The notes beneath the pieces were generated by a model. The model ran no database searches. It saw nothing but the letters and a program-made list of their open reading frames with translations, and was not told the origin of the DNA. Made by a program: the position numbers and the translations under genes. Shown here piece after piece: positions 29,095-38,621 of a stretch of DNA of 64,000 bases. The DNA is from Arthrobacter sp. (GTDB lineage Bacteria; Actinomycetota; Actinomycetes; Actinomycetales; Micrococcaceae): NCBI GenBank assembly GCA_035254945.1, contig DATFAE010000022.1, positions 7,691 through 71,690 on the forward strand. Reading direction: 5' to 3'. Position 1 is the first letter of the stretch. Each line of letters opens with the position of its first letter.

Positions 29095-30231
29095 ATGCGA
29101 GTTCTAGCAGCCATGAGCGGCGGAGTCGACTCCGCCGTTGCCGCAGCACGTGCCGTCGAGGCGGGCCACGACGTCGTCGGCGTCCACCTGGCTCTGTCCC
29201 GGATGCCCGGCACCCTGCGGACAGGCAGCCGCGGCTGCTGCACCATTGAAGACTCCCGGGACGCCTGGCGGGCCTGCGACGTACTCGGCATCCCGTACTA
29301 CGTATGGGACTTCTCCGAGCGCTTCAAGGAGGATGTGGTCCAGGACTTCATTGACGAGTACGCTGCCGGCCGCACCCCGAATCCGTGCATGCGTTGCAAC
29401 GAGCGCATCAAGTTCGCGGCATTGCTTGAAAAGGCCATCGCGCTGGGCTTCGATGCCGTCTGCACCGGGCATTACGCCAAGGTGATCACTGATGCGGACG
29501 GAAACCCCGAACTGCATCGCGCCGCCGACTGGGCCAAGGACCAGAGCTACGTCCTGGGCGTCCTCACCCACGAGCAGCTCAAGCACTCGATGTTCCCGCT
29601 GGCCGACACTCCGTCGAAGGCTGAAGTCCGCGCGGAAGCCGAACGCCGCGGGCTGTCCGTGGCCAACAAGCCGGACAGTCACGACATCTGCTTCATCCCC
29701 GACGGCGACACCGCCGGCTGGCTGGCCGAAAAGATTGACATGACCACAGGCGACATCGTCGACGAGACAGGCGCCAAGGTAGGCGAGCACCCCGGTGCCA
29801 ACGCCTTCACTGTGGGACAGCGCAGGGGCCTGAAGCTGGGCACCCCCGCCGCCGACGGCAAGCCGCGCTTTGTGCTGGAGATCCGGCCCAAGGAAAACAA
29901 GGTAGTGGTGGGGCCGGAGGCGCTGCTGGCCATCGACGAAATCCGCGGTATCAAGGTGTCCTGGGCCGGGCTTCCCATCGCCGAAATAGCAACCGGCGAG
30001 GACTTCGACTGCTACGCCCAGGTCCGCGCGCACGGCGACCCCGTCCCTGCGACGGCACGGATGGAGACCCCGGTGGATGGCGAAGGGGTTTCCGGGCAGC
30101 TGGTAGTGACACTGACGAACCCGCTCCGCGGTGTCGCCCCCGGCCAGACGGTGGTCCTCTACCAAGGAAGCCGCGTGCTCGGCCAGGCAACCATCGACGC
30201 CGCCCGCTCCCTCCAGCGCGCGGAGCTGTAG
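29095..30231 (+). CDS. mnmA: tRNA-specific 2-thiouridylase MnmA
   Basis: [52 protein letters not shown]. Confidence 0.95.
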   Translation: MRVLAAMSGGVDSAVAAARAVEAGHDVVGVHLALSRMPGTLRTGSRGCCTIEDSRDAWRACDVLGIPYYVWDFSERFKEDVVQDFIDEYAAGRTPNPCMRCNERIKFAALLEKAIALGFDAVCTGHYAKVITDADGNPELHRAADWAKDQSYVLGVLTHEQLKHSMFPLADTPSKAEVRAEAERRGLSVANKPDSHDICFIPDGDTAGWLAEKIDMTTGDIVDETGAKVGEHPGANAFTVGQRRGLKLGTPAADGKPRFVLEIRPKENKVVVGPEALLAIDEIRGIKVSWAGLPIAEIATGEDFDCYAQVRAHGDPVPATARMETPVDGEGVSGQLVVTLTNPLRGVAPGQTVVLYQGSRVLGQATIDAARSLQRAEL

Positions 30232-30244
30232 CCCCCTCCACCCA

Positions 30245-30309
30245 GCGCGAACGTACACTTGAGGCCCCAAATCGCCGAGCGAATTGGGGCCTCAAGTGTA
30301 CGTTCGCGC
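30245..30309. repeat. REP/MITE-like long perfect palindrome
   Basis: 26-bp perfect inverted repeat GCGCGAACGTACACTTGAGGCCCCAA / TTGGGGCCTCAAGTGTACGTTCGCGC with a 13-nt spacer. Confidence 0.85.
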
Positions 30310-30421
30310 GTTTCCGGACGGTGCGGCGGACTCTTCCTGCTGCACCGGCCGGCGGCACCCCCGACCCCGGCCGGCCGGTTCTTGCGGAAAAGTGAGAGCG
30401 GCAACCCATTCAGGTAAATAT

Positions 30422-30452
30422 TGTGTCTCAACTCACAGAATGAATCGATTCA
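30422..30452. promoter_or_regulatory. CRP/GlxR-like site plus LacI-type palindromic operator
   Basis: TGTGT-N6-TCACA (30422-37) and perfect palindrome TGAATCGATTCA (30441-52). Confidence 0.6.
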
Positions 30453-30563
30453 CAGTGTTTTGGTCTGGTTGAATCAAGGCATCAGGACAGCGCGCTGCCC
30501 GCTCAAGCAAATACACCCATTAGCGGGCGGCGAGCGCGTACTCATCGAACAGAAAGTTCACAG

Positions 30564-32201
30564 ATGACCAAGAGCACCAAAGCCTTGCGGAGCGCCATCG
30601 CGCTCGCAGGCGTTTCCGCCTTCGCATTGACGGCCTGCACGGGCCCATCAGGTGGCGGCGGTGGCAGCACAGCATCCGGGAATGCAAGCAGCGTTATTGC
30701 CTACGGCACCACCGACAAGGTCACCGCACTGGATCCGGCAGGCTCGTACGACAACGGTTCGTTCATGGTGATGAACCAGATTTACTCCTTCCTGTTGAAT
30801 TCCAAGCCCGGCGGCGCCGAGCCGGTGCCGGACCTGGCCGAATCGGCCTCGTTCACCAAACCCACCGAATTCACGGTCAAACTGAAGAGCGACCTCAAAT
30901 GGGCCAACGGCCACGTGCTGGACTCCAAGGACGTCAAGTTCTCGTTTGACCGCCAGACGAAGATCAAGGACCCTAACGGACCAGCATCACTGTTGTCCAA
31001 CATCGAGTCCATTGCCACGCCGGATGCCACCACCGTGGTCTTCACGCTCAAGCAGGCCAACGACCAGACTTTCGCGCAGATCCTTCAAAGCCCGGCCGGC
31101 CCGATCGTTGACGATGAAGTCTTCCCGGCGGACAAGCTCCTCACCGACGAGGAAATTGTCAAAGCCAATGCGTTCCATGGGCAGTACGTCATTGATTCCT
31201 TCAACAAGAACACGCTGGTGAGCCTGAAGGCGTGGCCTGACTACAACGGCGTGCTTGGCAAGCCGGCCAACGCCGGGGCCACCATCAAGTACTACACCGA
31301 CCAGACCAACATGAAGCTGGAGGTCAAAGGCGGCCAGATCGATGTGGCCAACCGCAGCCTCAGCGCCACCGACATCGATGACCTGAAGAAGGACTCCAAC
31401 GTCAAGGTGCACGTGGGTCCCGGCGGCGAAATGCGGTACATCGTCTTCAACTTCGACACCATGCCGTTTGGCACCAAGACCCCGGAAGCAGATCCGAAGA
31501 AGGCCCTTGCCGTCCGCCAGGCCGCGGCCAACCTCGTGGACCGCCAGGCCATCTCGGACCAGGTCTACAAGGGCACGTACCTGCCCATGTGGTCCAACGT
31601 CCCGTCCGGGTTCGCCGGGGCCAACGAGTCCTTTAAGCAGGCTTACGGGGATGGCTCAGGCAAGCCCAGCCTGGACAAGGCCAAAAAGGTCCTGTCCGAC
31701 GCCGGTATCACCGGCCCCGTCAGTATCAAACTGCAGTACAACCCGGACCACTACGGCAAGTCATCCGGTGACGAATACGCCATGGTCAAGGACCAGCTCG
31801 AGAAGAGCGGCCTGTTCACGGTGGACCTCCAGTCCACCGAGTGGGTGACCTATAACTCTGCGTCGAAGAAGGACAGCTACCCAGTCTTCCAGCTGGGCTG
31901 GTTCCCCGACTTCAGCGATGCGGACAACTACCTGACCCCCTTCTTCGTGGGCGGCGGCTTCATGAACAACCACTACAAGAACGCAGAAGTGGAAGCATTG
32001 ATCGCCAAGCAGCTGGTCACCGCTGACAAGGCGGAGCGCGAAAAAGCCATCCAGGACGTCCAGAACCTGTTGGCCAAGGACATCTCCACCCTGCCATTGC
32101 TGCAGGGCGCGCAGGTGGCCGTTTCGGGGACCAGCGTGAAGGGCGTGGACTCCACCCTGGATGCGTCGTTCAAGTTCCGCCTCGGCACCGTTTCCAAGTA
32201 A
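30564..32201 (+). CDS. ABC transporter family-5 substrate-binding lipoprotein (Dpp/Opp-like)
   Basis: Lipobox LTAC, LDPAGSYD, PVPDLAES, LKSDLKWANG, VRQAAANLVDR. Confidence 0.9.
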   Translation: MTKSTKALRSAIALAGVSAFALTACTGPSGGGGGSTASGNASSVIAYGTTDKVTALDPAGSYDNGSFMVMNQIYSFLLNSKPGGAEPVPDLAESASFTKPTEFTVKLKSDLKWANGHVLDSKDVKFSFDRQTKIKDPNGPASLLSNIESIATPDATTVVFTLKQANDQTFAQILQSPAGPIVDDEVFPADKLLTDEEIVKANAFHGQYVIDSFNKNTLVSLKAWPDYNGVLGKPANAGATIKYYTDQTNMKLEVKGGQIDVANRSLSATDIDDLKKDSNVKVHVGPGGEMRYIVFNFDTMPFGTKTPEADPKKALAVRQAAANLVDRQAISDQVYKGTYLPMWSNVPSGFAGANESFKQAYGDGSGKPSLDKAKKVLSDAGITGPVSIKLQYNPDHYGKSSGDEYAMVKDQLEKSGLFTVDLQSTEWVTYNSASKKDSYPVFQLGWFPDFSDADNYLTPFFVGGGFMNNHYKNAEVEALIAKQLVTADKAEREKAIQDVQNLLAKDISTLPLLQGAQVAVSGTSVKGVDSTLDASFKFRLGTVSK

Positions 32202-32222
32202 AACCCAAGAAAACCCGCGTGA

Positions 32223-32250
32223 GGAGGTAGGGCCGGACGGCCCTGCCTCC
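32223..32250 (+). terminator. Intercistronic stem-loop after the binding-protein gene
   Basis: GGAGGTAGGGCC-GGAC-GGCCCTGCCTCC, 12 bp with one G-U. Confidence 0.55.
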
Positions 32251-32297
32251 TGCGTGTTCGCTCCACAATTTCCAGCTCCAGACCAAGCAGGGACAGC

Positions 32298-33380
32298 ATG
32301 GCCACAACGATTGATGCGCCGCCGCCAACGGTGGCGCCCCCCAAATCCAAATCCGCGGGAGGTGGCCTCGGGAAATACATCCTGATCCGCTTCCTGCTGA
32401 TCTTCCCCACGATCTTCATCCTCGTCAGCCTCGTTTTCTTCCTGATGCGGATCACCGGCGATCCCATCACTGCAGCGCAGGGCGGACGCCTGCCGCAGGA
32501 ACAGATTGACGCGTTGGTCCACCAGGCCGGCTACGACCGGAACCTTTTTATTCAGTACATCGAGTACCTCGGCAACATCGCCACCGGCAACTTCGGCCGG
32601 ACCATTTCAGATGGCCGCCCCGTCATCGAGATGCTCGCCAGGTTTGGTGCCGCCACCCTCGAACTGAGCATCAACGCCGTGGTGGTGGCGTTGCTCGTGG
32701 GAATTCCGCTCGGAATGTTCGCCGCCCACAAACGCGACAAAGTTCCGGACGCTTTCCTGCGCACGTTCGCCATCCTGTGCTACGCCACCCCTGTCTTCTT
32801 CGCCGGCCTGCTGCTGAAGCTGACCTTCTCCGTAGCCCTGGGCTGGTTCCCGGTGGCCGGCCGTGCTTCCACCACCACGGAACTGGCAATGGGCAGATTG
32901 GCGGCGCCCACAGGCATCTACTGGCTGGATGCCTTGCGCAGCGGCGACCTGGCGGCCTTCTCCGACATCGTCCACCACGCGGTCCTTCCCGCCGTGGCGC
33001 TGGGCCTCCTGACCGCCGGTGTGTTCCTCCGCCTGGTCCGTACGAACGTGATCGGCACCCTGGGCAGGGATTATGTTGAGGCAGGCCGGTCCCGTGGAGT
33101 CAGCGAATACCGGCTCGTGACAAAGCACGCCTACAAACCGGCACTGATCCCCATCATCACCGTCATGGGATTGCAGATTGCACTGCTGCTTGGCGGTGCA
33201 GTACTGACCGAAACCACCTTCGAGTGGAAGGGCCTCGGGTACCAGCTGGCGCAATACCTCACGGCGCGTGACTTTGTTGCCGTCCAGGGCATCGTCATGC
33301 TGCTCGCCGTCATTGTGGCGGTCACCAACTTCGTGGTGGACATTGCCGCAGCCCTGATTGATCCGCGGGTGAGGTACTGA
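32298..33380 (+). CDS. ABC transporter permease (DppB/OppB-like)
   Basis: YILIRFLL, GNFGRTI, ATLELS, HAVLPAVAL, EAA-like YVEAGRSRG, FEWKGLG. Confidence 0.9.
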   Translation: MATTIDAPPPTVAPPKSKSAGGGLGKYILIRFLLIFPTIFILVSLVFFLMRITGDPITAAQGGRLPQEQIDALVHQAGYDRNLFIQYIEYLGNIATGNFGRTISDGRPVIEMLARFGAATLELSINAVVVALLVGIPLGMFAAHKRDKVPDAFLRTFAILCYATPVFFAGLLLKLTFSVALGWFPVAGRASTTTELAMGRLAAPTGIYWLDALRSGDLAAFSDIVHHAVLPAVALGLLTAGVFLRLVRTNVIGTLGRDYVEAGRSRGVSEYRLVTKHAYKPALIPIITVMGLQIALLLGGAVLTETTFEWKGLGYQLAQYLTARDFVAVQGIVMLLAVIVAVTNFVVDIAAALIDPRVRY

Positions 33381-34393
33381 TGGGCGCTACAACATTGGAA
33401 CCAGGAAAGAAACCCTTCCTGGACCGGCTTCCGGTCGCTTCCCACATCCGCCAAAGCGTTGGCCTGCAACGCACCATGCTGCTCATCGGCGTCGTGCTGT
33501 GCACCGTTTTTGTGGTGTCCGCCGTTTTTGCGCCGCTGCTTGCGCCCTACGGATACTCCCAGATTTCCGACGACGCCGGTTCCTTCCCGGCGCAGGCCGA
33601 ACCTGGGGGCAAGCACCTGCTGGGAACAACCGTGGGAGGCTACGACGTCCTCTCCCGGGTGATCTGGGGATCCCAGACAGCGGCGGCGGTGATTGTTGCT
33701 GCCGTGCTGATGTCCATCTTCCTGGGAGTTTTCCTGGGACTGGTCAGCGGCTACTTCGGCGGCTGGCTGGACCGTGTGCTGGTGGTGATCGCCGACGCAA
33801 TATATGCGTTCCCGACGCTGCTCGTGGCGATCGTGATGTCGATTGCGATCAACAAGGGACAGTCCGGATTCTGGGGCGGCATCCTCGCCTGCGGGTTCGC
33901 CATCACGGCTGTGTTCGTACCGCAGTATTTCCGGGTGATCCGCGCCGAAACCATCCGGCTCAAGGCCGAACCGTTCGTGGAATCCGCCCAGGTTGTGGGA
34001 GCCTCCAGTGCCAGGATCATCGGCCGGCACATCTTCGCCAACGCGACCCGGACCCTTCCCCTGATCTTCACGCTCAACGCCTCCGAGGCCATCCTCACGC
34101 TGGCCGGGCTGGGCTTCCTGGGCTTTGGTATCGAGCCGAGCTCGGCAGCTGAATGGGGCTTTGACCTGAACAAGGCGATGGCCGATGCCTCCTCCGGCAT
34201 TTGGTGGACAGGGGTGTTCCCCGGCCTTGCCATCGTTTTGACGGTGGTGGGCCTTACCCTCGTGGGTGAAAGCATCAACGACCTGAACGATCCGCGGCTT
34301 CGCGGGCGCAAGGCGGCAGGCGCCAAGGGTGGCGCTGGACCATCCACGGCCGCCGCGCAGGCCTCGATTGCAGCGGATGTGAGAGGACTGTGA
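33380..34393 (+). CDS. ABC transporter permease (DppC/OppC-like)
   Basis: HLLGTTVGGYDVLSRVIWG, FVESAQVVG, RHIFAN, AGLGFLGFG, EWGFDL. Confidence 0.9.
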   Translation: MGATTLEPGKKPFLDRLPVASHIRQSVGLQRTMLLIGVVLCTVFVVSAVFAPLLAPYGYSQISDDAGSFPAQAEPGGKHLLGTTVGGYDVLSRVIWGSQTAAAVIVAAVLMSIFLGVFLGLVSGYFGGWLDRVLVVIADAIYAFPTLLVAIVMSIAINKGQSGFWGGILACGFAITAVFVPQYFRVIRAETIRLKAEPFVESAQVVGASSARIIGRHIFANATRTLPLIFTLNASEAILTLAGLGFLGFGIEPSSAAEWGFDLNKAMADASSGIWWTGVFPGLAIVLTVVGLTLVGESINDLNDPRLRGRKAAGAKGGAGPSTAAAQASIAADVRGL

Positions 34394-36102
34394 CCATCAA
34401 TATTGGAGCCGAATCGGACCGGTCAAGGCCGGCCGATAAGCCGGTCCTGGAGATCGACCACCTCAAAGTCACGTTCGCCACCGATAGCGGCGATGTGTAC
34501 GCCGTCAAGGACGTCAGCCTCGAGGTCCGGGCCGGTGAGGTCCTGGCCATCGTGGGTGAGTCGGGCTCCGGCAAGACGGTGACCGCCAAAACCATTCTTG
34601 GGCTGCTCCCGGAAACGGCCACCAGCGGTGGTGCAGTGCTGATTAACGGAAACAACGTCATTACCGTCAGCGCCGCCAAGCTGCGGCAGATCCGGGGACG
34701 CGATGTGGCCATGGTTTTCCAGGAGCCCTCCACAGCCCTGAACCCCGTGTTCACCGTAGGCTGGCAGATCGCCGAAGGCATCCGTGCCCACGCCGGCGCC
34801 GGCGGAAAGCGGATCTCGGCCAAGGATGCCAAAGCCCGTGCCGTAGAGGCGCTGCGCAAAGTGGGGATCCCGGATCCCGAGCACAGGGTCAACTACTACC
34901 CGCACCAGTTCTCCGGTGGCCAGAAGCAGCGCGTTGTCATCGCGGCGGCCTTGGCCCTGAATCCCGGGCTGATAGTGGCCGATGAACCCACCACAGCCCT
35001 GGACGTCACCGTCCAGGCGGAGATACTGCAGCTGCTGCGGGATGTGAGGGACAAATACGGGACCTCCATCGTGCTGATCACCCATAACATGGGGGTGGTT
35101 GCTGACCTGGCGGACCGCGTCGTGGTGATGTATCAGGGCGACATCGTGGAGGAGGCAACCTCGCGCGTCCTGTTTGCCGAGCCCAAACAGGACTACACCA
35201 GGAAGTTGCTGGCGGCCGTCCCCCATCTGGGGCACAACTCCGCGTCGGAGGGCATGACGGAGCGGGCCCATCAGAAGGCAAAGGTCCTGGTGGAGGCGAA
35301 GGAGCTGACCATTGAATACCCGGGCAGGCTGGGGACCCCGTCCTTCAAGGCTGTCGACGGCGTCAGTTTCACAGTGTCCGAGGGCGAAGTTTTCGGGCTC
35401 GTGGGGGAGTCGGGTTCCGGGAAGACAACCATCGGCCGGGCTATCGCGGGACTGAACAGGACCACCGGCGGAAGCCTGAAGGTGCTGGGCTACGAAATGC
35501 TGAACTTCAAGGCGCGGACGTTCAAGCCCCTGAGGAAGGACATCGGCTTCGTTTTCCAGGATCCGGCGGCGTCCTTCAACCCCCAGCTGACCATCGGGGA
35601 CTGCATCGCGGAGCCGATGATCATCCACACCAGCCCGAGCCCGGCGCAGGCACGCAAACGCGTCGGCGAGCTGCTCGAATCAGTCCAGTTGCCAGCGTCG
35701 TACGCAGGACGGTATCCGCATGAGCTCTCCGGCGGCCAGCGGCAGCGGGCCTCCCTGGCCCGGGCGCTCATCCTGAACCCGAGGCTGCTGATCGCGGACG
35801 AACCGACCTCGGCCCTGGACGTGTCGGTGCAGGCCAAGGTCCTGGAACTGTTCAAGGACATCCAGGCCGAATTTGGCTTCGCCGCACTGTTCATCAGCCA
35901 CGACCTGGCGGTCGTGGACATCCTGTCCCATTGGGTGGGTGTCCTGCACAAGGGGAAACTGGTGGAACAGGGGATCTGCAGCCAGGTCATGGGGGCACCG
36001 CAGCACGAATACACCAAACGGCTCATTGCCTCGCTGCCAGTCCCTGACCCGGAAGAACAGGCACGGCGCCGCGAAGAAAACCGGGCTCTGCTCGGAATCT
36101 GA
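34390..36102 (+). CDS. ABC transporter ATP-binding protein, two fused ATPase domains
   Basis: Two GESGSGKT, FSGGQ/LSGGQ, ADEPT and THN/SHD motif sets. Confidence 0.93.
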   Translation: MTINIGAESDRSRPADKPVLEIDHLKVTFATDSGDVYAVKDVSLEVRAGEVLAIVGESGSGKTVTAKTILGLLPETATSGGAVLINGNNVITVSAAKLRQIRGRDVAMVFQEPSTALNPVFTVGWQIAEGIRAHAGAGGKRISAKDAKARAVEALRKVGIPDPEHRVNYYPHQFSGGQKQRVVIAAALALNPGLIVADEPTTALDVTVQAEILQLLRDVRDKYGTSIVLITHNMGVVADLADRVVVMYQGDIVEEATSRVLFAEPKQDYTRKLLAAVPHLGHNSASEGMTERAHQKAKVLVEAKELTIEYPGRLGTPSFKAVDGVSFTVSEGEVFGLVGESGSGKTTIGRAIAGLNRTTGGSLKVLGYEMLNFKARTFKPLRKDIGFVFQDPAASFNPQLTIGDCIAEPMIIHTSPSPAQARKRVGELLESVQLPASYAGRYPHELSGGQRQRASLARALILNPRLLIADEPTSALDVSVQAKVLELFKDIQAEFGFAALFISHDLAVVDILSHWVGVLHKGKLVEQGICSQVMGAPQHEYTKRLIASLPVPDPEEQARRREENRALLGI

Positions 36103-36242
36103 CCTGCCGGCGCGGCGGACGGAAACTCAGCTCGAAAGGGCCGCAGGCTCCGTCCGCCGGGCATGCAGGGACGACGGCGGGTTGGTTGCGGACGGCGCTT
36201 AACACCGCAAGGGATTTCCGCGCCTGCCCATAGACTTGGACC

Positions 36243-36713
36243 ATGACGCAGCACAACCACGACGTTCCTGATTCCGACACTTACGATGCCGCCGCCAGCT
36301 CGCTGGCCGGGCAGGTGGACAACTCGGTGATGGCGGAACTGCTGTCCATCCGCTCCAGCATCGACAACATCGATGCGACCCTGGTTTACCTGCTCGCGGA
36401 GCGTTTCAAAGCCACCCAGAAAGTGGGCTTCCTGAAGGCCGCCCACCGCCTGCCGGCAGGCGATCCCGGCCGTGAAACCGCCCAGATTGCCCGGCTGAGG
36501 CGCCTTGCCGAGGACGCCCACCTGGATCCCGCCTTCGCGGAGAAATTCCTGAACTTCATCATCGGCGAAGTGATCCGCCACCACGAAGCAATCGCCGAGG
36601 ACCACCAGGCGTCCGCCGGAAACCACGGTGCAGGCGCAAACAGTGGCTCTGGCGACCGGACGCAACATGCTTCGGGAATCCCTTCCGGGCCCCCGGCTTC
36701 CGTCGTAGCGTGA
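36243..36713 (+). CDS. Chorismate mutase (AroQ type)
   Basis: IRSSIDNIDATLVYLLAERF..VGFLKA..DPGRETAQIARLR; TAGACT -10 six nt before ATG. Confidence 0.88.
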   Translation: MTQHNHDVPDSDTYDAAASSLAGQVDNSVMAELLSIRSSIDNIDATLVYLLAERFKATQKVGFLKAAHRLPAGDPGRETAQIARLRRLAEDAHLDPAFAEKFLNFIIGEVIRHHEAIAEDHQASAGNHGAGANSGSGDRTQHASGIPSGPPASVVA

Positions 36714-37813
36714 GGAACACCAGCCGACAGGAACCAGGCAGGCACCCCCAGGGGCAAAACAGCCAGGCCCCAAACCAGACGGAGCCCGCCGCTGCCGGAC
36801 CGCAGGAGGTAACCGCCACCGCGCTGGGTTCCTGGCCGGGGGAGGACCCTGCTGAGGCCGCGCGTATCATCCGCGGTGAACTTGGCAGCCCGCACCTGCC
36901 GTTCCTTGCCGAACTCCCGGAGCGCGGCGTGGGCTCCGATTCCCTGGGACGCACGGCGTCGCTCCTGGTCGAGATGGCCGTGGACGTCCAGCCCTTTGGC
37001 TGGCGCCTGGTGGACCGGCCAGGCAAGGACTTTCGCCGGGCGGCGTCGGCGTTGTCGACGGATATCAATGTCCTCGCGGACGTCGCCGGAGCCGAGGACA
37101 CGCCCGCCACTGAGCTGAAGGTACAGCTGGTGGGGCCGATGACCCTCGCAGCAGGGCTCCATCTGCACAACGGCGAACGTGCGCTCCTTGACTACGGAGC
37201 CCGCCGCGATGTCGCAGCCTCGCTCGCGGCCGGAGTGGAAAGCTACCTGTCACGGGTGTCCGCGGCGGTCCCCGGGGCCCGGCTGGTGGTCCAGCTCGAC
37301 GAGCCCGACATCGCTGCCGTGCTGGGCGGCACCATTCCGACCTCCAGCGGTTACCGGACCCTGCGTGCAGTGGCTGGCCAGGAGGCCACGGAATCGTGGG
37401 GCGTGGTGGTCTCAGCACTTCGGGAAGCCGGGGCCGCCGAAATCATCGTTGCCGTACCGGAGGTTGAGGCCCCGTTTGACCGGATTCTCGCGGCCGGCGC
37501 GGACGGCATCGCTGTGCCCCTTAGGGCCCTCACGTCGCGTCAGTGGGAGCAGCTTGCGGGCGCCGTTGAAAGCGGCAAAAGAATCTGGGCCGGCGCGCTG
37601 GACCTCAGCACGGGCAACCTGCCCAAAGTGTCCGACGTCGTCGAATCCGTCTGGCGGCCATGGCACCAGCTCGGCCTGCCGGCGTCGTCCCTGCGCACCC
37701 TGCGCGTCACACCCTCCGCCGGCCTCGCCGGACAGTCCCCGGCGGCGGCCACCGCAGCGCTCACCCGGCTCACCCAGGTGGCCGACGGCCTGAACCAGTT
37801 GGCGCTGGGCTAG
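36710..37813 (+). CDS. Cobalamin-independent methionine synthase C-terminal-like protein (Rv3015c-like), zinc ligands degenerate
   Basis: TALGSWPG, LPFLAELPERG, KVQLVGPMTLAAGL, VQLDEP, RVTPSAGLAG. Start uncertain. Confidence 0.75.
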   Translation: MRNTSRQEPGRHPQGQNSQAPNQTEPAAAGPQEVTATALGSWPGEDPAEAARIIRGELGSPHLPFLAELPERGVGSDSLGRTASLLVEMAVDVQPFGWRLVDRPGKDFRRAASALSTDINVLADVAGAEDTPATELKVQLVGPMTLAAGLHLHNGERALLDYGARRDVAASLAAGVESYLSRVSAAVPGARLVVQLDEPDIAAVLGGTIPTSSGYRTLRAVAGQEATESWGVVVSALREAGAAEIIVAVPEVEAPFDRILAAGADGIAVPLRALTSRQWEQLAGAVESGKRIWAGALDLSTGNLPKVSDVVESVWRPWHQLGLPASSLRTLRVTPSAGLAGQSPAAATAALTRLTQVADGLNQLALG

Positions 37814-37859
37814 GGAACACGCCCACGCCGGGAGGCGGCGCCGGCGGGCGGCCGGGCTG

Positions 37860-38576
37860 TCAGGTCCGGCCCTCCCAGCGGTCCGGGTGGGCGTACCGGG
37901 GCAGGAAGCTCCGGGCCGAGCTGCCGCCCGCATAGGGACGCAGCCGGTAGTCGAAGCTTCCTGCGTACACCAGGACCAGGCCGATCTGGGGCTGGATGAC
38001 TTTGACCTGGATGCGGTGCTTGCCGTGTTCCCCTTCGGCGGGATCCCACCATTGTTCGGCGTAGGCCTTGGCGTCGAGTGCGGGGGGAAGCGGGATCCGG
38101 AGCGGGCCCAGGAACAGCCGGGAGGCCTCGGAGACACCCCTGAGCCTGCCCGATTCCGTGACGCTGAGGTTCAAGTCGGTGACCAGACGCCGGTACCGGC
38201 CAACGTAGTCCACCAGCCGGGGCCCGTCCTTTGTTTCGGCCATGCTGGTGGTGTCCTGGAAGATCCTGGTCCGGCCGGGGAACCTGATCTCGCGCCTGGC
38301 CGACAGGCTGGAGCGTCCGAAGGGATCTTCGTGGGCGTGGTTTTCAATCCGGAACGGGATGCGCTCGCCATACTCGGGGAAGAACGCCTCCTCCCCGGAA
38401 GTCAGTTTCAGCAGCGGCCGCAGCCAGCGCTGCCTGCAGCCGACGACGTCGAACACGCCTTCACCGATGCCGTACTGTCCTGCGCCGGGCACGAGTGCAA
38501 AGTAGTCCTGGAGTTCAGGCTGCAGCCGGTCGAAGTCCGCCCCCAGGGCCTGCCGGTAGATGGGAATGTTCATCAT
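37860..38576 (-). CDS. DUF4166 domain protein
   Basis: IYRQALGADFDRLQPELQDYF, FFPEYG..IPFRIEN, GPLRIPLP, GLVLVYAGSF; RBS GGAGG. Confidence 0.7.
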   Translation of the reverse strand: MMNIPIYRQALGADFDRLQPELQDYFALVPGAGQYGIGEGVFDVVGCRQRWLRPLLKLTSGEEAFFPEYGERIPFRIENHAHEDPFGRSSLSARREIRFPGRTRIFQDTTSMAETKDGPRLVDYVGRYRRLVTDLNLSVTESGRLRGVSEASRLFLGPLRIPLPPALDAKAYAEQWWDPAEGEHGKHRIQVKVIQPQIGLVLVYAGSFDYRLRPYAGGSSARSFLPRYAHPDRWEGRT

Positions 38577-38621
38577 GACCTCCTGGTGGCTGGATGGGCG
38601 CCGGCGCTTTTTTCGTTGATC

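Noticed and set aside
30310-30421. Riboswitch upstream of the ABC operon or the MetE-like gene
   Set aside because: No SAM, cobalamin, TPP or T-box signature recognised.
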